Origin: Balanoglossus misakiensis | Taxonomy: Eukaryota; Animalia; Hemichordata | DNA: 64,000 nt | Direction of reading: 5' to 3' | NCBI GenBank assembly: GCA_040954595.2 | Contig: CM082583.2 | Location: forward strand, 11,570,636 to 11,634,635 | In this document: positions 1 to 13,390 of the stretch, one piece after another | Numbering within the stretch: position 1 is the first letter of the stretch | Layout of the letters: every line of letters starts with the position of its first letter | The notes under the pieces: generated by a model | The model's input: the letters and a program-made list of their open reading frames with translations, nothing else | What the model was told of the DNA's origin: nothing | Database searches by the model: none | Position numbers and translations under genes: made by a program

Positions 1-3000
1 ACGATTTTCCTGAGCTATAACCCATGGTTTTTTCAAAAAATGACCAATTTTTCAAAATTCGAAAAGTCGAAAAATCGTCGATTTTTGACGATTTTCCTGA
101 GCTATAACCATGGTTTTTTCAAAAAATGACAAATTTTTCAAAATCGAAAAGTCGAAAAATCGTCGATTTCTGACGAGAGATACACACTCGTGAGAGTACG
201 ATTTTCCTGAGCTATAACCCATGGTTTTTCAAAAAATGACCAAATTTTCAAATTGAAAGTCAATCAATTTTTCAAAAACATTTCAATAAAAAATTTCATT
301 TTCCTGAGCTATACCCATGGTTTTTCCATCTGCATTTTCCTGAGCTTAACCCATGGATTTTTCAAAAAATGACCAATTTTTCAAAATTCGAAAAGTCGAA
401 AAAATCGTCGATTTTTGACGATTTTCCTGAGCTATAACCCATGGTTTTTTCAAAAAATGACCAATTTTTCAAAATTCGAAAAGTCGAAAAATCGTCGATT
501 TTGACGATTTTCCTGAGCTATAACCCATGGTTTTTTCAAAAAATGACCAATTTTTCAAAATTCGAAAAGTCGATAAAATCGTCGATTTCTGACGATTTTC
601 CTGAGCTATAACCCATGGTTTTTTCAAAAAATGACCAATTTTTCAAAATTCGAAAAGTCGAAAAATCGTCGATTTTTGACGATTTTCCTGAGCTATAACC
701 CATGGTTTTTTCAAAAAATGACCAATTTTTCAAAATTCGAAAAGTCGAAAAATCGTCGATTTTTGACGATTTTCCTGAGCTATAACCCATGGTTTTTTCA
801 AAAAATGACCAATTTTTCAAAATTCGAAAAGTCGAAAAATCGTCGATTTCTGACGATTTTCCTGAGCTATAACCCATGGTTTTTTCAAAAAATGACCAAT
901 TTTTCAAAATTCGAAAAGTCGAAAAATCGTCGATTTTTGACGATTTTCTGAGCTATAACCCATGGTTTTTCAAAAAATGACCATTTTTCAAAATTCGAAA
1001 AGTCGAAAAATCGTCGATTTTTGACGATTTTCCTGAGCTATAACCCATGGTTTTTTCAAAAAATGACCAATTTTTCAAAATTCGAAAAGTCGAAAAATCG
1101 TCGATTTTTGACGATTTTCCTGAGCTATAACCCATGGTTTTTTCAAAAAATGACCAATTTTTCAAAATTCGAAAAGTCGAAAAATCGTCGATTTTTGACG
1201 ATTTTCCTGAGCTATAACCCATGGTTTTTTCAAAAATGACCAATTTTTCAAAATTCGAAAAGTCGAAAAATCGTCGATTTTTCACGATTTTCCTGAGCTA
1301 TAACCCATGGTTTTTTCAAAAAATGACCAATTTTTCAAAATTCGAAAAGTCGAAAAATCGTCGATTTTTGACGATTTTCCTGAGCTATAACCCATGGTTT
1401 TTTCAAAAAATGACCAATTTTTCAAAATTCGAAAAGTCGAAAAATCGTCGATTTTTCACGATTTTCCTGAGCTATAACCCATGGTTTTTTCAAAAAAATG
1501 ACCAATTTTTCAAAATTCGAAAAGTCGAAAAATCGTCGATTTTTCACGATTTTCCTGAGCTATAACCCATGGTTTTTTCAAAAAATGACCAATTTTTCAA
1601 AATTCGAAAAGTCGAAAAATCGTCGATTTTTCACGATTTTCCTGAGCTATAACCCATGGTTTTTTCAAAAAATGACCAATTTTTCAAAATTCGAAAAGTC
1701 GAAAAATCGTCGATTTTTCACGATTTTCCTGAGCTATAACCCATGGTTTTTTCAAAAAATGACCAATTTTTCAAAATTCGAAAAGTCGAAAAATCGTCGA
1801 TTTTTCACGATTTTCCTGAGCTATAACCCATGGTTTTTTCAAAAAATGACCAATTTTTCAAAATTCGAAAAGTCGAAAAATCGTCGATTTTGACGATTTT
1901 CCTGAGCTATAACCCATGGTTTTTTCAAAAAATGACCAATTTTTCAAAATTCGAAAAGTCGAAAAATCGTCGATTTTTCACGATTTTCCTGAGCTATAAC
2001 CCATGGTTTTTTCAAAAAATGACCAATTTTTCAAAATTCGAAAAGTCGAAAAATCGTCGATTTCTGACGATTTTCCTGAGCTATAACCCATGGTTTTTTC
2101 AAAAAATGACCAATTTTTCAAAATTCGAAAAGTCGAAAAATCGTCGATTTTCTGACGATTTTCCTGAGCTATAACCCATGGTTTTTTCAAAAAATGACCA
2201 ATTTTCAAAATTCGAAAAGTCGAAAAATCGTCGATTTCTGACGATTTTCCTGAGCTATAACCCATGGTTTTTTCAAAAAATGACCAATTTTTCAAAATTC
2301 GAAAAGTCGAAAAATCGTCGATTTTTGACGATTTTCCTGAGCTATAACCCATGGTTTTTTCAAAAAATGACCAATTTTTCAAAATTCGAAAAGTCGAAAA
2401 ATCGTCGATTTTCTGACGATTTTCCTGAGCTATAACCCATGGTTTTTTCAAAAAATGACCAATTTTTCAAAATTCGAAAAGTCGAAAAATCGTCGATTTT
2501 GACGATTTTCCTGAGCTATAACCCATGGTTTTTTCAAAAAATGACCAATTTTTCAAAATTCGAAAAGTCGAAAAATCGTCGATTTCTGACGATTTTCCTG
2601 AGCTATAACCCATGGTTTTTTCAAAAAATGACCAATTTTTCAAAATTCGAAAAGTCGAAAAATCGTCGATTTTTGACGATTTTCCTGAGCTATAACCCAT
2701 GGTTTTTTCAAAAAATGACCAATTTTTCAAAATTCGAAAAGTCGAAAAATCGTCGATTTTTGACGATTTTCCTGAGCTATAACCCATGGTTTTTTCAAAA
2801 AATGACCAATTTTTCAAAATTCGAAAAGTCGAAAAATCGTCGATTTTTGACGATTTTCCTGAGCTATAACCCATGGTTTTTCAAAAAATGACCAATTTTT
2901 CAAAATTCGAAAAGTCGAAAAATCGTCGATTTTTGACGATTTTCCTGAGCTATAACCCATGGTTTTTTCAAAAAATGACCAATTTTTCAAAATTCGAAAA

Positions 3001-6000
3001 GTCGAAAAATCGTCGATTTTTCACGATTTTCCTGAGCTATAACCCATGGTTTTTTCAAAAAATGACCAATTTTTCAAAATTCGAAAAGTCGAAAAATCGT
3101 CGATTTTTGACGATTTTCCTGAGCTATAACCCATGGTTTTTTCAAAAAATGACCAATTTTTCAAAATTCGAAAAGTCGAAAAAATCGTCGATTTTTCTGA
3201 CGATTTTCCTGAGCTATAACCCATGGTTTTTTCAAAAATGACCAATTTTTCAAAATTCGAAAAGTCGAAAAATCGTCGATTTTTCACGATTTTCCTGAGC
3301 TATAACCCATGGTTTTTTCAAAAAATGACCAATTTTTCAAAATTCGAAAAGTCGAAAAATCGTCGATTTTGACGATTTTCCTGAGCTATAAACCCATGGT
3401 TTTTTCAAAAAATGACCAATTTTTCAAAATTCGAAAAGTCGAAAAATCGTCGATTTCTGACGATTTTCCTGAGCTATAACCCATGGTTTTTTCAAAAAAT
3501 GACCAATTTTTCAAAATTCGAAAAGTCGAAAAATCGTCGATTTCTGACGATTTTCCTGAGCTATAACCCATGGTTTTTTCAAAAAATGACCAATTTTTCA
3601 AAATTCGAAAAGTCGAAAAATCGTCGATTTTTGACGATTTTCCTGAGCTATAACCCATGGTTTTTTCAAAAAATGACAATTTTTCAAAATTCGAAAAGTC
3701 GAAAAATCGTCGATTTTTCACGATTTTCCTGAGCTATAACCCATGGTTTTTTCAAAAAATGACCAATTTTTCAAAATTCGAAAAGTCGAAAAATCGTCGA
3801 TTTTTCACGATTTTCCTGAGCTATAACCCATGGTTTTTTCAAAAAATGACCAATTTTTCAAAATTCGAAAAGTCGAAAAATCGTCGATTTTTCACGATTT
3901 TCCTGAGCTATAACCCATGGTTTTTTCAAAAAATGACCAATTTTTCAAAATTCGAAAAGTCGAAAAATCGTCGATTTTTACGATTTTCCTGAGCTATAAC
4001 CCATGGTTTTTTCAAAAAATGACCAATTTTTCAAAATTCGAAAAGTCGAAAAATCGTCGATTTCTGACGATTTTCCTGAGCTATAACCCATGGTTTTTTC
4101 AAAAAATGACTAATTTTTCAAAATTCGAAAAGTCGAAAAATCGTCGATTTTTCACGATTTTCCTGAGCTATAACCCATGGTTTTTTCAAAAAATGACCAA
4201 TTTTTCAAAATTCGAAAAGTAGAAAAATCGTCGATTTCTGACGATTTTCCTGAGCTATAACCCATGGTTTTTTCAAAAAATGACCAATTTTTCAAAATCC
4301 GAAAAGTCGAAAAATCGTCGATTTCTGACGATTTTCCTGAGCTATAACCCATGGTTTTTTCAAAAAATGACCAATTTTTCAAAATTCGAAAAGTCGAAAA
4401 ATCGTCGATTTTTGACGATTTTCCTGAGCTATAACCCATGGTTTTTTCAAAAAATGACCAATTTTTCAAAATTCGAAAAGTCGAAAAATCGTCGATTTTT
4501 GACGATTTTCCTGAGCTATAACCCATGGTTTTTTCAAAAAATGACCAATTTTTCAAAATTCGAAAAGTCGAAAAATCGTCGAATTTTGACGATTTTCCTG
4601 AGCTATAACCCATGGTTTTTTCAAAAAATGACCAATTTTTCAAAATTCGAAAAGTCGAAAAATCGTCGATTTTTGACGATTTTCCTGAGCTATAACCCAT
4701 GGTTTTTTCAAAAAATGACCAATTTTTCAAAATTCGAAAAGTCGAAAAATCGTCGATTTTTGACGATTTTCCTGAGCTATAACCCATGGTTTTTTCAAAA
4801 AATGACCAATTTTTCAAAATTCGAAAAGTCGAAAAATCGTCGATTTTTCACGATTTTCCTGAGCTATAACCCATGGTTTTTTCAAAAAATGACCAATTTT
4901 TCAAAATTCGAAAAGTCGAAAAATCGTCGATTTTTCACGATTTTCCTGAGCTATAACCCATGGTTTTTTCAAAAAATGACCAATTTTTCAAAATTCGAAA
5001 AGTCGAAAAATCGTCGATTTTTCACGATTTTCCTGAGCTATAACCCATGGTTTTTTCAAAAAATGACCAATTTTTCAAAATTCGAAAAGTCGAAAAATCG
5101 TCGATTTTTCACGATTTTCCTGAGCTATAACCCATGGTTTTTTCAAAAAATGACCAATTTTTCAAAATTCGAAAAGTCGAAAAATCGTCGATTTTTCACG
5201 ATTTTCCTGACCTATAACCCATGGTTTTTTCAAAAAATGACCAATTTTTCAAAATTCGAAAAGTCGAAAAATCGTCGATTTCTGACGATTTTCCTGAGCT
5301 ATAAACCCATGGTTTTTTTCAAAAAATGACCAATTTTTCAAAATTCGAAAAGTCGAAAAATCGTCGATTTCTGACGATTTTCCTGAGCTATAACCCATGG
5401 TTTTTTCAAAAAATGACCAATTTTTCAAAATTCGAAAAGTCGAAAAATCGTCGATTTCTGACGATTTTCCTGAGCTATAACCCATGGTTTTTTCAAAAAA
5501 TGACCAATTTTTCAAAATTCGAAAAGTCGAAAAATCGTCGATTTTCACGATTTTCCTGAGCTATAACCCATGGTTTTTTCAAAAAATGACCAATTTTTCA
5601 AAATTCGAAAAGTCGAAAAATCGTCGATTTTTCACGATTTTCCTGAGCTATAACCCATGGTTTTTTCAAAAAATGACCAATTTTTCAAAATTCGAAAAGT
5701 CGAAAAATCGTCGATTTTTGACGATTTTCCTGAGCTATAACCCATGGTTTTTTCAAAAAATGACCAATTTTTCAAAATTCGAAAAGTCGAAAAATCGTCG
5801 ATTTTTCACGATTTTCCTGAGCTATAACCCATGGTTTTTTCAAAAAATGACCAATTTTTCAAAATTCGAAAAGTCGAAAAATCGTCGATTTTTGACGATT
5901 TTCCTGAGCTATAACCCATGGTTTTTTCAAAAAATGACCAATTTTTCAAAATTCGAAAAGTCGAAAAATCGTCGATTTCTGACGATTTTCCTGAGCTATA

Positions 6001-9000
6001 ACCCATGGTTTTTTCAAAAAATGACTAATTTTTCAAAATTCGAAAAGTCGAAAAATCGTCGATTTTTCACGATTTTCCTGAGCTATAACCCATGGTTTTT
6101 TCAAAAAATGACCAATTTTTCAAAATCCGAAAAGTCGAAAAATCGTCGATTTCTGACGATTTTCCTGAGCTATAACCCATGGTTTTTTCAAAAAATGACC
6201 AATTTTTCAAAATCCGAAAAGTCGAAAAATCGTCGATTTCTGACGATTTTCCTGAGCTATAACCCATGGTTTTTTCAAAAAATGACCAATTTTTCAAAAT
6301 TCGAAAAGTCGAAAAATCGTCGATTTCTGACGATTTTCCTGAGCTATAACCCATGGTTTTTTCAAAAAATGACCAATTTTTCAAAATTCGAAAAGTCGAA
6401 AAATCGTCGATTTTTGACGATTTTCCTGAGCTATAACCCATGGTTTTTTCAAAAAATGACCAATTTTTCAAAATTCGAAAAGTCGAAAAATCGTCGATTT
6501 TTGACGATTTTCCTGAGCTATAACCCATGGTTTTTTCAAAAAATGACCAATTTTTCAAAATTCGAAAAGTCGAAAAATCGTCGATTTTTGACGATTTTCC
6601 TGAGCTATAACCCATGGTTTTTTCAAAAAATGACCAATTTTTCAAAATTCGAAAAGTCGAAAAATCGTCGATTTTTGACGATTTTCCTGAGCTATAACCC
6701 ATGGTTTTTTCAAAAAATGACCAATTTTTCAAAATTCGAAAAGTCGAAAAATCGTCGAATTTTGACGATTTTCCTGAGCTATAACCCATGGTTTTTTCAA
6801 AAAATGACCAATTTTTCAAAATTCGAAAAGTCGAAAAATCGTCGATTTTTGACGATTTTCCTGAGCTATAACCCATGGTTTTTTCAAAAAATGACCAATT
6901 TTTCAAAATTCGAAAAGTCGAAAAATCGTCGATTTTTCACGATTTTCCTGAGCTATAACCCATGGTTTTTTCAAAAAATGACCATTTTTTCAAAATTCGA
7001 AAAGTCGAAAAATCGTCGATTTTTCACGATTTTCCTGAGCTATAACCCATGGTTTTTTCAAAAAATGACCAATTTTTCAAAATTCGAAAAGTCGAAAAAT
7101 CGTCGATTTTTCACGATTTTCCTGAGCTATAACCCATGGTTTTTTCAAAAAATGACCAATTTTTCAAAATTCGAAAAGTCGAAAAATCGTCGATTTTTCA
7201 CGATTTTCCTGAGCTATAACCCATGGTTTTTTCAAAAAATGACCAATTTTTCAAAATTCGAAAAGTCGAAAAATCGTCGATTTTTCACGATTTTCCTGAG
7301 CTATAACCCATGGTTTTTTCAAAAAATGACCAATTTTTCAAAATTCGAAAAGTCGAAAAATCGTCGATTTTTCACGATTTTCCTGACCTATAACCCATGG
7401 TTTTTTCAAAAAATGACCAATTTTTCAAAATTCGAAAAGTCGAAAAATCGTCGATTTCTGACGATTTTCCTGAGCTATAAACCCATGTTTTTTTCAAAAA
7501 ATGACCAATTTTTCAAAATTCGAAAAGTCGAAAAATCGTCGATTTCTGACGATTTTCCTGAGCTATAACCCATGGTTTTTTCAAAAAATGACCAATTTTT
7601 CAAAATTCGAAAAGTCGAAAAATCGTCGATTTCTGACGATTTTCCTGAGCTATAACCCATGGTTTTTTCAAAAAATGACCAATTTTTCAAAATTCGAAAA
7701 GTCGAAAAATCGTCGATTTTTCACGATTTTCCTGAGCTATAACCCATGGTTTTTTCAAAAAATGACCAATTTTTCAAAATTCGAAAAGTCGAAAAATCGT
7801 CGATTTTTCACGATTTTCCTGAGCTATAACCCATGGTTTTTTCAAAAAATGACCAATTTTTCAAAATTCGAAAAGTCGAAAAATCGTCGATTTTTGACGA
7901 TTTTCCTGAGCTATAACCCATGGTTTTTTCAAAAAATGACCAATTTTTCAAAATTCGAAAAGTCGAAAAATCGTCGATTTTTCACGATTTTCCTGAGCTA
8001 TAACCCATGGTTTTTTCAAAAAATGACCAATTTTTCAAAATTCGAAAAGTCGAAAAATCGTCGATTTTTGACGATTTTCCTGAGCTATAACCCATGGTTT
8101 TTTCAAAAAATGACCAATTTTTCAAAATTCGAAAAGTCGAAAAATCGTCGATTTCTGACGATTTTCCTGAGCTATAACCCATGGTTTTTTCAAAAAATGA
8201 CTAATTTTTCAAAATTCGAAAAGTCGAAAAATCGTCGATTTTTCACGATTTTCCTGAGCTATAACCCATGGTTTTTTCAAAAAATGACCAATTTTTCAAA
8301 ATTCGAAAAGTAGAAAAATCGTCGATTTCTGACGATTTTCCTGAGCTATAACCCATGGTTTTTTCAAAAAATGACCAATTTTTCAAAATCCGAAAAGTCG
8401 AAAAATCGTCGATTTCTGACGATTTTCCTGAGCTATAACCCATGGTTTTTTCAAAAAATGACCAATTTTTCAAAATTCGAAAAGTCGAAAAATCGTCGAT
8501 TTTTGACGATTTTCCTGAGCTATAACCCATGGTTTTTTCAAAAAATGACCAATTTTTCAAAATTCGAAAAGTCGAAAAATCGTCGATTTTTGACGATTTT
8601 CCTGAGCTATAACCCATGGTTTTTTCAAAAAATGACCAATTTTTCAAAATTCGAAAAGTCGAAAAATCGTCGATTTTTGACGATTTTCCTGAGCTATAAC
8701 CCATGGTTTTTTCAAAAAATGACCAATTTTTCAAAATTCGAAAAGTCGAAAAATCGTCGATTTTTGACGATTTTCCTGAGCTATAACCCATGGTTTTTTC
8801 AAAAAATGACCAATTTTTCAAAATTCGAAAAGTCGAAAAATCGTCGATTTTTGACGATTTTCCTGAGCTATAACCCATGGTTTTTTCAAAAAATGACCAA
8901 TTTTTCAAAATTCGAAAAGTCGAAAAATCGTCGATTTTTGACGATTTTCCTGAGCTATAACCTATGGTTTTTTCAAAAAATGACCAAATTTTCAAAATTC

Positions 9001-12000
9001 GAAAAGTCGAAAAATCATCGATTTTTGACGATTTTCCTGAGCTATAACCCATGGTTTTTTCAAAAAATAACCAATTTTTCAAAATTCGAAAAGTCGAAAA
9101 ATCGTCGATTTTTGACGATTTTCCTGAGCTATAACCCATGGTTTTTTCAAAAAATAACCAATTTTTCAAAATTCGAAAAGTCGAAAAATCGTCGATTTTT
9201 GACGATTTTCCTGAGCTATAACCCATGGTTTTTTCAAAAAATGACCAAATTTTCAAAATTCGAAAAGTCGAAAAATCATCGATTTTTGACGATTTTCCTG
9301 AGCTATAACCCATGGTTTTTTCAAAAAATGACCAATTTTTCAAAATTCGAAAAGTCGAAAAATCGTCGATTTTTGACGATTTTCCTGAGCTATAACCCAT
9401 GGTTTTTTCAAAAAATGACCAATTTTTCAAAATTCGAAAAGTCGAAAAATCGTCGATTTTTGACGATTTTCCTGAGCTATAACCCATGGTTTTTTCAAAA
9501 AATGACCAATTTTTCAAAATTCGAAAAGTCGAAAAATCGTCGATTTTTGACGATTTTCCTGAGTTATAACCCATGGTTTTTTCAAAAAATGACCAATTTT
9601 TCAAAATTCGAAAAGTCGAAAAATCGTCGATTTTTGACGATTTTCCTGAGCTATAACCCATGGTTTTTTCAAAAAATGACCAAATTTTCAAAATTCGAAA
9701 AGTCGAAAAATCGTCGATTTTTGACGATTTTCCTGAGCTATAACCCATGGTTTTTTCAAAAAATGACCAATTTTTCAAAATTCGAAAAGTCGAAAAATCG
9801 TCGATTTTTGACGATTTTCCTGAGCTATAACCCATGGTTTTTTCAAAAAATGACCAATTTTTCAAAATTCGAAAAGTCGAAAAATCGTCGATTTTTGACG
9901 ATTTTCCTGAGCTATAACCCATGGTTTTTTCAAAAAATGACCAATTTTTCAAAATTCGAAAAGTCGAAAAATCGTCGATTTTTGACGATTTTCCTGAGCT
10001 ATAACCCATGGTTTTTTCAAAAAATGACCAATTTTTCAAAATTCGAAAAGTCGAAAAATCGTCGATTTTTGACGATTTTCCTGAGCTATAACCCATGGTT
10101 TTTTCAAAAAATGACCAATTTTTCAAAATTCGAAAAGTCGAAAAATCGTCGATTTTTGACGATTTTCCTGAGCTATAACCCATGGTTTTATCAAAAAATG
10201 ACCAAATTTTCAAAATTCGAAAAGTCGAAAAATCGTCGATTTTTGACGATTTTCCTGAGCTATAACCCATGGTTTTATCAAAAAATGACCAAATTTTCAA
10301 AATTCGAAAAGTCGAAAAATCGTCGATTTTTGACGATTTTCCTGAGCTATAACCCATGGTTTTTTCAAAAAATGACCAAATTTTCAAAATTCGAAAAGTC
10401 GAAAAATCGTCGATTTTTGACGATTTTCCTGAGCTATAACCCATGGTTTTTTCAAAAAATGACCAATTTTTCAAAATTCGAAAAGTCGAAAAATCGTCGA
10501 TTTTTGAAGATTTTCCTGAGCTATAACCCATGGTTTTTTCAAAAAATGACCAATTTTTCAAAATTCGAAAAGTCGAAAAATCGTCGATTTTTGACGATTT
10601 TCCTGAGCTATAACCCATGGTTTTTTCAAAAAATGACCAATTTTTCAAAATTCGAAAAGTCGAAAAATCGTCGATTTTTGACGATTTTCCTGAGCTATAA
10701 CCCATGGTTTTTTCAAAAAATGACCAAATTTTCAAAATTCGAAAAGTCGAAAAATCGTCGATTTTTGACGATTTTCCTGAGCTATAACCCATGGTTTTTT
10801 CAAAAAATGACCAATTTTTCAAAATTCGAAAAGTCGAAAAATCGTCGATTTTTGACGATTTTCCTGAGCTATAACCCATGGTTTTTTCAAAAAATGACCA
10901 ATTTTTCAAAATTCGAAAAGTCGAAAAATCGTCGATTTTTGACGATTTTCCTGAGTTATAACCCATGGTTTTTTCAAAAAATGACCAATTTTTCAAAATT
11001 CGAAAAGTCGAAAAATCGTCGATTTTTGACGATTTTCCTGAGCTATAACCCATGGTTTTTTCAAAAAATGACCAAATTTTCAAAATTCGAAAAGTCGAAA
11101 AATCGTCGATTTTTGACGATTTTCCTGAGCTATAACCCATGGTTTTTTCAAAAAATGACCAATTTTTCAAAATTCGAAAAGTCGAAAAATCGTCGATTTT
11201 TGACGATTTTCCTGAGCTATAACCCATGGTTTTTTCAAAAAATGACCAATTTTTCAAAATTCGAAAAGTCGAAAAATCGTCGATTTTTGACGATTTTCCT
11301 GAGCTATAACCCATGGTTTTTTCAAAAAATGACCAATTTTTCAAAATTCGAAAAGTCGAAAAATCGTCGATTTTTGACGATTTTCCTGAGCTATAACCCA
11401 TGGTTTTTTCAAAAAATGACCAATTTTTCAAAATTCGAAAAGTCGAAAAATCGTCGATTTTTGACGATTTTCCTGAGCTATAACCCATGGTTTTTTCAAA
11501 AAATGACCAATTTTTCAAAATTCGAAAAGTCGAAAAATCGTCGATTTTTGACGATTTTCCTGAGCTATAACCCATGGTTTTATCAAAAAATGACCAAATT
11601 TTCAAAATTCGAAAAGTCGAAAAAACGTCGATTTTTGACGATTTTCCTGAGCTATAACCCATGGTTTTTTCAAAAAATGACCAAATTTTCAAAATTCGAA
11701 AAGTCGAAAAATCGTCGATTTTTGACGATTTTCCTGAGCTATAACCCATGGTTTTTTCAAAAAATGACCAATTTTTCAAAATTCGAAAAGTCGAAAAATC
11801 GTCGATTTTTGACGATTTTCCTGAGCTATAACCCATGGTTTTTTCAAAAAATGACCAATTTTTCAAAATTCGAAAAGTCGAAAAATCGTCGATTTTTGAC
11901 GATTTTCCTGAGCTATAACCCATGGTTTTTTCAAAAAATGACCAATTTTTCAAAATTCGAAAAGACGAAAAATCGTCGATTTTTGACGATTTTCCTGAGC

Positions 12001-13390
12001 TATAACCCATGGTTTTTTCAAAAAATGACCAATTTTTCAAAATTCGAAAAGTCGAAAAATCGTCGATTTTTGACGATTTTCCTGAGCTATAACCCATGGT
12101 TTTTTCAAAAAATGACCAAATTTTCAAAATTCGAAAAGTCGAAAAATCGTCGATTTTTGACGATTTTCCTGAGCTATAACCCATGTTTTTTTCAAAAAAT
12201 GACCAATTTTTCAAAATTCGAAAAGTCGAAAAATCGTCGATTTTTGACGATTTTCCTGAGCTATAACCCATGGTTTTTTCAAAAAATGACCAATTTTTCA
12301 AAATTCGAAAAGTCGAAAAATCGTCGATTTTTGACGATTTTCCTGAGCTATAACCCATGGTTTTTTCAAAAAATGACCAATTTTTCAAAATTCGAAAAGT
12401 CGAAAAATCGTCGATTTTTGACGATTTTCCTGAGCTATAACCCATGGTTTTATCAAAAAATGACCAAATTTTCAAAATTCGAAAAGTCGAAAAAACGTCG
12501 ATTTTTGACGATTTTCCTGAGCTATAACCCATGGTTTTTTCAAAAAATGACCAAATTTTCAAAATTCGAAAAGTCGAAAAATCGTCGATTTTTGACGATT
12601 TTCCTGAGCTATAACCCATGGTTTTTTCAAAAAATGACCAATTTTTCAAAATTCGAAAAGTCGAAAAATCGTCGATTTTTGACGATTTTCCTGAGCTATA
12701 ACCCATGGTTTTTTCAAAAAATGACCAATTTTTCAAAATTCGAAAAGTCGAAAAATCGTCGATTTTTGACGATTTTCCTGAGCTATAACCCATGGTTTTT
12801 TCAAAAAATGACCAATTTTTCAAAATTCGAAAAGTCGAAAAATCGTCGATTTTTGACGATTTTCCTGAGCTATAACCCATGGTTTTTTCAAAAAATGACC
12901 AATTTTTCAAAATTCGAAAAGTCGAAAAATCGTCGATTTTTGACGATTTTCCTGAGCTATAACCCATGGTTTTTTCAAAAAATGACCAATTTTTCAAAAT
13001 TCGAAAAGTCGAAAAATCGTCGATTTTTGACGATTTTCCTGAGCTATAACCCATGGTTTTTTCAAAAAATGACTAATTTTTCAAAATTCGAAAAGTCGAA
13101 AAATCGTCGAATTTTGACGATTTTCCTGAGCTGTAACCCATGGTTTTTTCAAAAAATGACCAAATTTTGAAAATTCGCGAAGTCGAAAAATCGTCGATTT
13201 TTGACGATTTTCCTGAGCTATAACCCATGGTTTTTTCAAAAAATGACCAAATTTTGAAAATTCGCGAAGTCGAAAAATCGTCGATTTTTGAAGATTTTCA
13301 TGAGCTATAACCCATGGTTTTTCAAAAAATGACCAAGTTTTAAAAATTCGCAAAGTCGATAAATCGTCGATTTTTGAAGATTTTCATGAG
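1..13390. repeat. 87-bp tandem satellite array, ~154 monomers, ~31% GC; consensus ACGATTTTCCTGAGCTATAACCCATGGTTTTTTCAAAAAATGACCAATTTTTCAAAATTCGAAAAGTCGAAAAATCGTCGATTTTTG
   Basis: Directly visible head-to-tail repetition with period 87, and a 29-aa periodicity in the ORF track on both strands. Monomers differ by isolated substitutions and homopolymer indels. The array starts at the window's left edge. Confidence 0.99.
175..197 (+). other. Probable sequencing artefact: PacBio SMRTbell adapter end plus barcode remnant
   Basis: GAGAGAT-ACACACTCGTGAGAG-T interrupts the satellite. GAGAGAT matches the 3' end of the SMRTbell hairpin adapter. The rest matches barcode bc1003 (ACACATCTCGTGAGAG, recalled from memory) with one deletion plus the T overhang. 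The flanking monomers are error-rich. Confidence 0.8.

Noticed and set aside
58-72. CENP-B box-like TTCG...CG in the monomer
   Set aside because: The spacing is wrong and the CGGG end of the TTCGnnnnAnnCGGG core is missing.
536-13353. Very long ORFs (up to ~1600 aa) on both strands of the satellite
   Set aside because: 87 is divisible by 3 and the monomer lacks stops in one frame per strand. The ORFs are 29-aa repeats broken by indels and by the TCACG variant, with no gene context.
1-13390. CRISPR-like array
   Set aside because: The units are head-to-tail with no unique spacers, the context is eukaryotic, and there are no cas genes. The only insert looks like a sequencing adapter.
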